DNA of 64,000 nucleotides from an uncultured Pseudomonadota bacterium (GTDB lineage Bacteria; Pseudomonadota; Alphaproteobacteria; RF32; CAG-239): NCBI GenBank assembly GCA_949298065.1, contig CASFUZ010000001.1, positions 18,793 to 82,792 of the forward strand, read 5' to 3'. Shown piece by piece: positions 56,601 to 64,000 of this stretch (position 1 is its first letter; each line of letters starts with the position of its first letter). The notes under the pieces were generated by a model. It saw only the letters and a program-made list of their open reading frames with translations, ran no database searches and was not told where the DNA came from. The position numbers and the translations under genes were made by a program.

Positions 56601-57649
56601 CTGAAGATTTGGCTTCCTCAGTTGACAATTCCGGCAAAAAACTCGGCGCGACAGTTGCTGATTATGAAAAATACATTGCCGGCTTTAATACGGTTACGGC
56701 AGAAGCCAGCAGTGGCGTTGCTGAAATCAGCAATATGATTGCCGACCAATCAGATAAGATGATAAAGATTTCGGAAGACACTAAAGAGCTGGTTGACTGC
56801 TTCAATGTTGTTTTGATGGATACCTCAAAGCAACTCTCTAACAGAGCCAATCAGGCCTATGACAAGGTTAAAGGGCTGGGAGAAAACTTAAAAACTTTGA
56901 GCTTGCAAGTAGAAGAGGCCGCCAATATGAGCGCCAAGCACTTTGAAAATTCCGGCAATAAGTTGCGTGCATCCATAAGCGAAGCAGCAGCGAATGCAGA
57001 AAGAATTTCTAACGAAATCAGAAGTTCAGGTGAGGTTTTCCTCAAACAATCAGGAGTACTGGTTGCCGCCACGGACGATACTTTGCAAAAAATCAATAAT
57101 GTTATGGACGTTTTGAATACCTCTTCTGAAGAATTCTCTCGCAGAGGTAACGAGCTGGTCAGCAAATCCGGCAGTTTCAACGAGCTCTTTAACAAACAGC
57201 TCAAAGTTTTAATTGAAACCTCTGACAAAGCTGACACCAAGTTAGCCTCTTTGCAAAAGAAATATGAAGGCATCAAGGTAGATACCTTCCTCAAGGACGC
57301 TTCCTTCATTATTGAAAAGCTGGAAACAGCCGCCGTAGATATCAACCGCATATTTAATCCTGATGCTGAAGAAGAGCTCTGGAAGAAATATTATAACGGT
57401 GATACGGCAGCTTTCGTTCGCCACTTATCAAAAAGTATGAGCAAGAGCCAAATACTATCCATCCGCTCAGAATTTGAGAAGAATTTGGAATTCCGCAACA
57501 TTGTAACCAAATATCTTTCCGAATTTGAGACCTTGGTAAGCAAAGCTCGTGAGAATGAGCGCTCCGGCATTCTGCTTTCGGTTATCTCCGGTGCAGATAT
57601 CGGTAAACTATACTACATTCTGGCTCGTTCTTTAGATAAGCTGAACTAA
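53654..57649 (+). CDS. Large (1331 aa) membrane-anchored coiled-coil protein (two N-terminal TM helices, then about 1100 aa of repetitive coiled coil, then a small C-terminal globular domain)
   Basis: TM1 WVSIIWFAVVLIYITQFFGW, TM2 GGFLAGVTLPLAIIWVVMAYI. Long heptad-like Q/E/K/N/L-rich repeats. The topology resembles polar/landmark coiled-coil proteins such as TipN. Confidence 0.55.
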   Translation: MSNQNPETKNGSSLPDFMSEGNKLSYIEENDTENSWLNNNLHKLMIWVSIIWFAVVLIYITQFFGWSNLFLMMPDEFGGFLAGVTLPLAIIWVVMAYIDRGSSFKREAKFLRAYMNQLVYPEEGSATTAKAMADAIRSQVVELQEVTKLATAQTEKIKQELGGRVDDFAKLVGVLDNYSSKTMTELTEGVKTLVKSFDYVAERADNATGQFKEQIRDFSNSAIVIKKEVSDLLNEVSPKIKEIKESSESLSLITENNNAKLAKANEMLLEYGHKTGETIAHVSEVLSGQSERLEQVSSKAVKSCEEVFAHLDDGINRIDGTLRGQSKFIVDHIESLNKQNDALSKNFSRQGEFIAAEVDKVMARANVIEESISNQVRELEGVSDHILESLNNVSDSISEKASNLEQNAGSAVSRINEVVGALDNEVAKLGALTDITVEKTTAVSADIENKRNQLQTTADEITVNLQKLNQQLENNAEGINVQTQTSVEQLNKVAEFMNKHRDNLVEVTNIVVSQSKVSETSLAQQQRHIAGSVNKIEETKAELKRQIEELTRAAAIIDSEAGSAIGRLKTQMDQALKASEDVVVRTKDIGANLQEQLEIFDDSAANTLAKISQFEGIVTEQHNKLEGLSSKITDRASTVANVLIEQAKVIDKSTEDSTKTFNNLLNSFESQSTMLNSVAENTVGYVSDVVRALDEKAEAINLLFKHQENEFFDICDRISENTNNIGSSLKNQVAVIEQSADRVFARMALLEEDVNKRAENVVANSTKSIDRLAEIDKTVAEQNNEINKFMQDMAEKLNNATTEFRSNLDNFANIVKDVREESNTATLTLLNNCEKLKQANTSLADETRNISTQIDGQIKEIDQTIVKTQAQADTLRETFDHQKESLTDIVNVVSTQSRLGEASMAQQYKYLSDTASDVAQKMSEINAKFKENTDNVVETASKASYEFDVLGDRLLKVSEDIAKASKNSIKNIEQVNLSLNQCAEDLASSVDNSGKKLGATVADYEKYIAGFNTVTAEASSGVAEISNMIADQSDKMIKISEDTKELVDCFNVVLMDTSKQLSNRANQAYDKVKGLGENLKTLSLQVEEAANMSAKHFENSGNKLRASISEAAANAERISNEIRSSGEVFLKQSGVLVAATDDTLQKINNVMDVLNTSSEEFSRRGNELVSKSGSFNELFNKQLKVLIETSDKADTKLASLQKKYEGIKVDTFLKDASFIIEKLETAAVDINRIFNPDAEEELWKKYYNGDTAAFVRHLSKSMSKSQILSIRSEFEKNLEFRNIVTKYLSEFETLVSKARENERSGILLSVISGADIGKLYYILARSLDKLN

Positions 57650-57659
57650 GGAGTTCTAG

Positions 57660-58223
57660 ATGATTTCGGCGGTTGCAAATCATATTCCGGATTTCTCTAA
57701 TCTGACGGCAGAAATATCAAAATCTGTCAGTCAGATTAAAGAGAAAGCGGCAACGCTCAATCTGGAAACAAGCTTTCCGACTGCCGAAAATCAAAGCAAT
57801 GTTTTTAGCAACCTAAACAGCTATGCTGTTTCATACCTAGAGCCGCAAGCGCTATATACGGTTCAAAAGCTCGCCTCGGATATTGCGCAAGGCGAAAAAT
57901 TAAACCGCAATCAGCAAGAAAAAAATGTCTTAAATGAAGAGCAAAAAGAGCCGCAGCAGCCGGAGAAAACTGAAAACCAAACAAGCTTTTGGGAAATGCT
58001 CAACGCATTTGAGGACAGCTCTTTACGCTTATACGGCTTTTCGGCTTATGGAATGAATGTTGAAAACAAGAGCAATCTGTTAGCCACAATGCCCTTTGTT
58101 CAAAGCATCAACGCATCTTATGCCGCCAATGCTTATGACACTGTGGCAAACCTAAACACACCGCCACAAGTTCTAATAGACTTTATGCATGAATTTAACC
58201 GCAGTTTTGATTATACGATATGA
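57660..58223 (+). CDS. Hypothetical 187-aa protein (Q/N/E-rich)
   Basis: Lies 11 nt after the coiled-coil gene and overlaps the dusB start by 4 nt (ATGA). It appears operonic. Confidence 0.4.
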   Translation: MISAVANHIPDFSNLTAEISKSVSQIKEKAATLNLETSFPTAENQSNVFSNLNSYAVSYLEPQALYTVQKLASDIAQGEKLNRNQQEKNVLNEEQKEPQQPEKTENQTSFWEMLNAFEDSSLRLYGFSAYGMNVENKSNLLATMPFVQSINASYAANAYDTVANLNTPPQVLIDFMHEFNRSFDYTI

Positions 58224-59209
58224 GTTTTTTTAACGGATTTGACAGTAATATTTTCTTAGCCCCGATGGCCGGCATCACCGACAAGCCGATGCGCCGTTTG
58301 GTATCATCTTTAGGCGAGGGGACAATGGTCTCCGAAATGGTTGCCATCAATGCCATTTCGCGCAAAAACCCCAAAACTTATCGCATAGCCGATGTCCGAG
58401 ACGAGCCTTATAAAGTTGTGGTGCAACTGGTTGGCGGAGACGCGGCCTTGTTTGCTGATTCCGTAAAATTAGCGGAAGAATTAGGCGCTTGTTCCATAGA
58501 CATCAATATGGGTTGCCCCGTCAAAAAAATCGTCAACAACCACTCCGGTTCTTGGCTGATGAAAGACCTCGCGCAAGCCTCAAACATCATAAAAAGCGCC
58601 GTCAAAGCCACAAAGCTCAAGGTTAGTGTCAAATTTCGCAAAGGCTGGGATTGTAGCACGGTCAATGCCGTTGACTTTGCCAAAATGTGTGAGGATAGCG
58701 GTGCAGCATATATAACCATTCATGGAAGAACAAGAAGCGAGTTTTACTCTGGCCAAGCCGATTGGGATATCATCGCCGCGGTTAAACAAGCCGTAAAAAT
58801 TCCGGTTATTGGCAATGGGGATATTTGCTGTCCCGAAGACGCTAAAAGAATGTTTGATTATACAAAGGTTGACGGAGTTATGATAGGCCGCGCGGCATTA
58901 GGCAATCCGTGGCTGGTTGGACAAATTCATAATTACATAAATAAAGGGATTTTGCCCCAAAAGATAAGCATACCGGAAATAAAATCCACTTTGTTAACAC
59001 ATATTAAAGAGTTAACTGCCTACTATGGAGAGAAAATGGCATTACCTTTGTCGCGAAAATATGTCTGTTGGTATTGCAAATCTATGCACGATGCCAAAAG
59101 ATTTCGCGAAACTTATAATAAGATAAACGACTTTTCGGAGGCCATAAACGAAATCAACCGCTATTTTGACGGTTGCGCGGAAAGAGAGCAGGGAGAAGAG
59201 CAAAAATGA
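58220..59209 (+). CDS. dusB: tRNA-dihydrouridine synthase B
   Basis: LAPMAGITDKPMRRL and the Dus TIM-barrel motifs. Confidence 0.85.
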   Translation: MSFFNGFDSNIFLAPMAGITDKPMRRLVSSLGEGTMVSEMVAINAISRKNPKTYRIADVRDEPYKVVVQLVGGDAALFADSVKLAEELGACSIDINMGCPVKKIVNNHSGSWLMKDLAQASNIIKSAVKATKLKVSVKFRKGWDCSTVNAVDFAKMCEDSGAAYITIHGRTRSEFYSGQADWDIIAAVKQAVKIPVIGNGDICCPEDAKRMFDYTKVDGVMIGRAALGNPWLVGQIHNYINKGILPQKISIPEIKSTLLTHIKELTAYYGEKMALPLSRKYVCWYCKSMHDAKRFRETYNKINDFSEAINEINRYFDGCAEREQGEEQK

Positions 59210-60564
59210 AAATCATTGTATGCGGAGCAGGTTCTGTCGGACGAAGCATTGTCTCTTACCTCAGCCGAGGCAATAATGATATTATTGTCATAGATAAAGA
59301 TTCGCACAAACTGGATGAAATATCCAAAGAATGGGATATTCAGCCGGTTCAAGGTTCGGCCTCTCATCCGGATATTTTGGAAAAAGCCGGAGCCTCAACG
59401 GCAGATATGCTCATTGCCGCCACGGATTGTGATGAAGTCAACCTCACGGCTTGCCAAGTTGCGCATACATTATTTAATGTTCAAAAGAAAATCGCTCGTG
59501 TAGATTCCGCGGCCTTTTTGGCTCCGCAATGGAATATGCTTTATAATGAAGAGAATATTCCGGTTGATTTGGTCATCTCGCCTGACTTAGAAATCGGCAA
59601 AGCCATATTAGAGATATTGAAGATTCCCGGAATGTCTGAAGTTTTGAGTTTTGCAGACAAAAAAGTTTATCTATTGGCTTTTCGCTGCCCCGATAATTGC
59701 CCCTTGATTCAAACCCCGCTGGTTCATCTGGAACAACTGGCTCCGGAATTAGACATCAACATCATAAGTATTGTCAGAGGCGGAAGAAGTTTTATCCCCA
59801 AAGGCAAAGACATCATCCTCCCCGGTGATGAAATCTATTTTCTGGTCGCGGCTGATAAAATCCCAGATACGATTCATGATTTTGGTATGGAACGCACACC
59901 AAATGAAAAAATAATCATCTTCGGAGGCAATCAAATTTCGGGTTATCTGGCTTCAAAGCTGGAAAAAGATGACAATATCCAAAGCGTGCGTATTATAGAC
60001 GAAGATGAGGAAAGCGCCCAAAATCTGGCCGACAAATTAACCGACACGGTCGTTATTCATGGCGAGATGATGAGCGATGTCATCTTAACCGAAGCAGGTA
60101 TTCATTCAGCCGATGCAGCCATCGCCATAACCACACATGACAAAGACAATTTGCTGGCCTCGCTGTTGGCCAAAAAAAGCGGCGTGGCTTCAGCCATATC
60201 TTTGGTAAACTCTCGCTCTTATGACAACCTCATAGACAATGTTTCGGACAACATTTTAATAGACCGTTCATCCGTAACCATTTCCAGTATGTTGCAAGAA
60301 CTTCGTAAGGCTAAGTTAAATAATGCTTATTCTTTGGGCAGAGGTTTTGGCGAGGTTTGGGAAATTAAGGTTGATGCCGATAGTCTTATCGCCGGCCGTC
60401 CCGTATCTGAAACGGGCTTGCCCAAAACCAGTATGATAGCGGCATTATTCAGAGACGGCGAACTTATTTTCCCATCATCGGAAGATCATATTGAAGCCGG
60501 AGACTTGCTCATAGTTTTTGTCAGCACCAAAGACATCCGCAAAGTGGAGCACCTTCTAAATTGA
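59206..60564 (+). CDS. trkA: Trk potassium uptake system protein TrkA (tandem RCK domains)
   Basis: MKIIVCGAGSVG Rossmann motif, and a second RCK repeat (IIIFGGNQISGYLA). I placed the start at 59206, which overlaps the dusB stop by 4 nt. Confidence 0.85.
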   Translation: MKIIVCGAGSVGRSIVSYLSRGNNDIIVIDKDSHKLDEISKEWDIQPVQGSASHPDILEKAGASTADMLIAATDCDEVNLTACQVAHTLFNVQKKIARVDSAAFLAPQWNMLYNEENIPVDLVISPDLEIGKAILEILKIPGMSEVLSFADKKVYLLAFRCPDNCPLIQTPLVHLEQLAPELDINIISIVRGGRSFIPKGKDIILPGDEIYFLVAADKIPDTIHDFGMERTPNEKIIIFGGNQISGYLASKLEKDDNIQSVRIIDEDEESAQNLADKLTDTVVIHGEMMSDVILTEAGIHSADAAIAITTHDKDNLLASLLAKKSGVASAISLVNSRSYDNLIDNVSDNILIDRSSVTISSMLQELRKAKLNNAYSLGRGFGEVWEIKVDADSLIAGRPVSETGLPKTSMIAALFRDGELIFPSSEDHIEAGDLLIVFVSTKDIRKVEHLLN

Positions 60565-60650
60565 TTTATCCCCTAAATGCAATCAATGCTTTACTAATAA
60601 AACAAAGAGTTTAGAATAAGAACATAAAAACAAATAAAAAGGATACGACT

Positions 60651-60875
60651 ATGTCTCAAAATGTTCAGGAAGACTTCTTAAACGATCTCAAAAAAAACAA
60701 GGTTTCTGTAACTGTTTTTTTGATTAACGGTGTCAAACTTCAAGGTATCATTACCTGGTTTGATGACAACTCTTTGCTTTTAAGAAGAGACGGACATACC
60801 CAGCTCATTTATAAGCACGCAATTTCTACGATTATGCCCGGTATGGCTGTTGAGATTGCTATTCCCGAAGCATAA
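60651..60875 (+). CDS. hfq: RNA chaperone Hfq
   Basis: Sm1/Sm2 motifs: [27 protein letters not shown]...YKHAIST. Confidence 0.9.
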   Translation: MSQNVQEDFLNDLKKNKVSVTVFLINGVKLQGIITWFDDNSLLLRRDGHTQLIYKHAISTIMPGMAVEIAIPEA

Positions 60876-62186
60876 ATGGCTTATATTGAAATCAATCAAA
60901 ATCAACAAGTACGCGCGGCGGTTGTTTTACCGAGTGTAAGTTCAAAGCCGACTTTTTCCGATGCCGAAACCAAGCTTGACGAGGCAATCGGTTTGGCCAA
61001 AGCCATCAATCTGGACATAGCTTATACCGAAGTTGTCCGCTTAAGAGAGATAAAACCGGCGGCATATTTCAGTAAGGGTTTTATAGATAGAGTTAAGCCT
61101 ATTTTTGAGGCAGAGCAAATTGAGCTTTTGGTTGTGGATTCTTCTCTGACACCGATACAACAACGAAATCTTGAAAAAGCCTTAAAAATAAAAGTCATTG
61201 ACCGCACGGCCTTAATTTTGGAAATCTTTGGCGAAAGGGCCAAAACCAAAGAAGGTAAGTTGCAAGTTGAACTGGCACATTTGACTTATCAGCGCAGCCG
61301 TTTGGTTCGTAGCTGGACGCACTTGGAGCGCCAAAGAGGCGGTGCCGGTTTTTTGGGTGGCCCGGGAGAAACCCAAATTGAGTTGGACAGACGTATCATT
61401 GATGATAAGATTGTGCGTATTAAGAAAGAGCTTGAGAAGGTCAAAAAGACACGCGAGCTTCAGCGTTCCGCCCGCAAAAAGATTCCTTATCCGGTTGTGG
61501 CTCTGGTTGGCTATACCAATGCCGGAAAATCAACTTTGTTTAATTATTTAGCCTCTGCCGGTGTCTTCGCCGAAAATCTACTTTTCGCCACATTAGACCC
61601 CACAATGCGCCGTATCAATCTTCAAAGCGGCAAAGAAATAATCTTGTCAGACACGGTTGGCTTTATTTCCGACCTGCCTCATGAACTGATTATGTCCTTC
61701 CGCGCAACTTTAGAAGAGGTTTTGGAAGCGGATGTCATTGTCCATGTCCGAGATATGTCTAACCCCAATAATATTCTGCAAAAGAAAGATGTTTTAAGGG
61801 TCTTGCATAATTTGGGGCTCAAAAACATAGAAAATGACAATAATTATATTGAAGTTCTGAACAAAACGGATTTATTGCCGGAAGAAGATAAAAATTATCT
61901 GAACGAAATAAGCTCTCGCAGTAATAATACTGTTGCTGTTTCTGCCATAACAGGTGAGGGCACGCCACAACTTTTAAGCCTGATAGATGAAAAACTCTCG
62001 GCAAACTTTCAAGATATTGAAGTCAGCGTAAATGCCGCCGATGGCAAACTGCTTGCTTGGCTCTATAAAAATGCGGACATTCTTTCTACCCAAACAATTG
62101 GTGAGCATATTATATTACAGCTAAGAGCCGATGCCGCCACCATTTCCAGATTAAAAAACAAGACCCAAATTAAAACTTTAGATTAG
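60876..62186 (+). CDS. hflX: GTPase HflX
   Basis: G1 motif GYTNAGKSTLFN, DTVGF, NKTD. Its start is adjacent to the hfq stop. Confidence 0.9.
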   Translation: MAYIEINQNQQVRAAVVLPSVSSKPTFSDAETKLDEAIGLAKAINLDIAYTEVVRLREIKPAAYFSKGFIDRVKPIFEAEQIELLVVDSSLTPIQQRNLEKALKIKVIDRTALILEIFGERAKTKEGKLQVELAHLTYQRSRLVRSWTHLERQRGGAGFLGGPGETQIELDRRIIDDKIVRIKKELEKVKKTRELQRSARKKIPYPVVALVGYTNAGKSTLFNYLASAGVFAENLLFATLDPTMRRINLQSGKEIILSDTVGFISDLPHELIMSFRATLEEVLEADVIVHVRDMSNPNNILQKKDVLRVLHNLGLKNIENDNNYIEVLNKTDLLPEEDKNYLNEISSRSNNTVAVSAITGEGTPQLLSLIDEKLSANFQDIEVSVNAADGKLLAWLYKNADILSTQTIGEHIILQLRADAATISRLKNKTQIKTLD

Positions 62187-62204
62187 CTTGAAAATTCTCT
62201 CCCT

Positions 62205-62630
62205 ATGACTACATCAAAGCCAAACGGGCCGAAAATAGGGAGAATTGTAATGCTGATGTTATTTTGCTTAATGTTTCTGACTTCTTGCTCCACCACAAGC
62301 AACGCCAATCTGAATCAGAAACTAAACCAATGGGTTGGAATGAGCCAAGAAGCCTTGTATTATAGCTGGGGAGAACCGAATAATGTCAGTTATCCGGCAC
62401 CCGATATGACAATAGCAACCTATAACCAAGTTTATGATGGTCCAATAGGCGGCGTTTCTGAACCTTATTCAGAAAATGTTGTTTACAGCGCCATATCTGA
62501 TGATAACTATGGTCTTCCGCCGCAAAACGATACCTATTATTGCAACATCACTTTCACCATTCAGGACAATCAAGTAACAGATTATAGCTACAATGGCGAT
62601 GACTGCGTTGCCACATCAGAAAACGATTAA
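62205..62630 (+). CDS. Hypothetical lipoprotein
   Basis: Signal peptide with lipobox (LMFLTSCSTT). 141 aa. Confidence 0.45.
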   Translation: MTTSKPNGPKIGRIVMLMLFCLMFLTSCSTTSNANLNQKLNQWVGMSQEALYYSWGEPNNVSYPAPDMTIATYNQVYDGPIGGVSEPYSENVVYSAISDDNYGLPPQNDTYYCNITFTIQDNQVTDYSYNGDDCVATSEND

Positions 62631-62633
62631 GCC

Positions 62634-63584
62634 CTAAGCCGGATTTTTAATACGCCGAACATTGGGCAAGTCTAAAAAGACCTTTTGCATCTTTTTCAAA
62701 TACGCAATATCGGGCATAGGTTTATAAATTTTGGAGGCCAAATATTTGAAAAATATCGGCTTAAGATATGGGCAAAAAGATGTCTTCTTAACAAATTTCC
62801 AATAAGCAGACAAAGCTCTGGAATACAGCATTTTTTGAATATCTGCCGGCAAATGCGGATTATCCAAAATCATATAACAATAAGCCATAAAACGGTCATT
62901 GTCCAACTGAACTTTATTACCTGAAAAATTACCCAATTCTTTAGGCACTAAAACCACATTATCATGAATTTTAACAATTCCGTGGGCATACATAGCCGCT
63001 CTTAACGGTATAGATTCGTCTTGGATGAATACGCGCTCATCAGCCCCTTTGGCTTTTTGCAACACTTCGGTTCTAATCAGTTGCCCCATACGCGTAAACC
63101 GCCCGTTTAATACTGTGCGCAAAGCATCTTTGCCAAAATCATAGGTAAAATTATCTGTCATAAACTCATGCTCAAGCTCCTGCGGTTCCTTGCCCGTTTT
63201 TGTAAAACAACCATAAACCATATCTGCAGAGAGCTCTTCGGCAAGCTGCTTCATTTTTTGTGTTGAATCTAAGGGAAAGATGTCATCAGAATCAAGCATA
63301 CGCGTATATTTTCCTTCCGCGGCCATAATACCTTGATTGATACGCACACTGATGCCTCGGTTTTCTGTGTTGGCGAAGATTTTAACATTTTTGAGGCCTT
63401 TGGTCATTTCGCGAATTATGTCAACCGACCTATCCGTAGACACGTCATCAACAAAAATATATTCCGGATTTTCCAAACCCGTTTGGTTAATCAATGCATT
63501 GATAACCGAGGGGAGGTAATATTCTTTGTTATAAACCGTCATCACAAAGCTAACATCAATATCTTTTTTCATTTCATGCCTCAA
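62634..63584 (-). CDS. Glycosyltransferase family 2
   Basis: VSFVMTVYNKEYYLPSVINALINQT...FVDDVSTDRS (GT2 N-terminal motifs, DxD). Confidence 0.75.
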   Translation of the reverse strand: MRHEMKKDIDVSFVMTVYNKEYYLPSVINALINQTGLENPEYIFVDDVSTDRSVDIIREMTKGLKNVKIFANTENRGISVRINQGIMAAEGKYTRMLDSDDIFPLDSTQKMKQLAEELSADMVYGCFTKTGKEPQELEHEFMTDNFTYDFGKDALRTVLNGRFTRMGQLIRTEVLQKAKGADERVFIQDESIPLRAAMYAHGIVKIHDNVVLVPKELGNFSGNKVQLDNDRFMAYCYMILDNPHLPADIQKMLYSRALSAYWKFVKKTSFCPYLKPIFFKYLASKIYKPMPDIAYLKKMQKVFLDLPNVRRIKNPA

Positions 63585-63659
63585 AATAAAAATCGTTCAA
63601 TGCTCAGAGTTTAGACTCAAAAGACAATAAAAACAACAGCCATTTTATGTTTTTTCAAC

Positions 63660-64000
63660 TCAGAAAAACGGATTATACGCCCATTGCAAAAGAGCTTGCC
63701 TTTGTCTGGGACGACAATTAAGGTCGCCGATAAAGCAGTTTTTCTCAATTTGAGCTTTGTGGCGCTTGAAACTTCGCCACCTTTTAATCTGAATAGCGTC
63801 AAGTTCAGGGATTCTGCGGCCTAAATAATAGCGGCAATACCACTGAAACCACCCCCGAGGATCTGGTTCAATTATCCAGCCGCGCCGCCGCCATTCGCTT
63901 AACGGAAGTCTGGACTTGATGTGAAAACAATTTTGCGATAAATCAGCAACTTCGGACAAATGCGCCGAAGAAAACCATTCTTCAGGAAATTCTTGACGAC
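63660..64000 (-). CDS. Hypothetical protein, partial (5' end beyond the window edge)
   Basis: The minus-strand frame stays open through nt 64000. The conserved-looking C-terminus is RGWFQWYCRYYLGRRIPELDAIQIKRWRSFKRH. Confidence 0.3.
   Translation of the reverse strand, partial: RQEFPEEWFSSAHLSEVADLSQNCFHIKSRLPLSEWRRRGWIIEPDPRGWFQWYCRYYLGRRIPELDAIQIKRWRSFKRHKAQIEKNCFIGDLNCRPRQRQALLQWAYNPFF

Noticed and set aside
63617-63802. 61-aa minus-strand ORF overlapping the 63660-64000 gene in another frame.
   Set aside because: It is fully embedded in a longer ORF that continues beyond the window edge and has no independent signals, so it is probably spurious.
1-64000. Search for tRNA, rRNA, CRISPR arrays, transposases, integrases or phage genes.
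   Set aside because: No intergenic region shows tRNA-like T-loop/acceptor structure or rRNA-length non-coding stretches. There are no regularly spaced direct repeats and no ORF with transposase, integrase or phage hallmarks, so the window appears free of mobile elements.

Overview
This is a 64 kb, AT-rich chromosomal segment that is densely coding on both strands. I call about 56 CDS and find no rRNA, tRNA, CRISPR array, transposase or integrase.

Gene order points to an alphaproteobacterium. The block tpiA-secG-pyrG-kdsA is intact, and dusB-trkA-hfq-hflX is present, but the ntrBC/ntrYX genes that normally sit between dusB and trkA are absent. Ankyrin, EF-hand and LRR-like proteins and a giant autotransporter suggest a genome-reduced, host-associated lineage; that lifestyle is my inference from gene content.

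Conserved housekeeping genes:
- Efflux and transport: AcrB-type RND pump (C-terminal half, truncated by the window start), CorC/HlyC Mg/Co transporter, TrkA.
- Envelope: MurE, KdsA, AnmK, PpiD, SecG.
- Information processing and metabolism: ProS (archaeal/eukaryote-type), RecO, ParC, DusB, Hfq, HflX, CTP synthase, TpiA, CutA, CspA.
- Redox and regulation: rubrerythrin, a Fur-family regulator with a Fur-box-like operator, and a flavodiiron protein.

Features that stand out:
- A tight six-gene minus-strand operon (3055-7815): retropepsin-like protease, inactive-transglutaminase 7TM protein, RimK-like ATP-grasp ligase, HD hydrolase, NUDIX hydrolase, and a cyclophilin with a lysine-rich N-terminal tail.
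- A 3194-aa autotransporter (11010-20594) with an N-terminal ankyrin-like module, a hydrophobic/poly-Gly segment, and large internal tandem repeats.
- A four-gene operon (26546-29916) that mixes surface-glycan genes with a SpoT-like small alarmone hydrolase and a secreted ankyrin protein.
- An AraL/AraM-like pair: HAD phosphatase plus a glycerol-1-phosphate-dehydrogenase-like enzyme.
- An accessory block (51503-58223) with a 679-aa hypothetical protein, a 1331-aa two-TM coiled-coil protein and a 187-aa protein, lying between parC and dusB.
- An LRR-like ORF inserted between pyrG and kdsA.
- A 58-aa unannotated ORF translationally coupled to parC.

All calls come from reading the translations and the nucleotide sequence; I ran no database searches. 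Gene starts were adjusted where a better RBS or start codon is visible.
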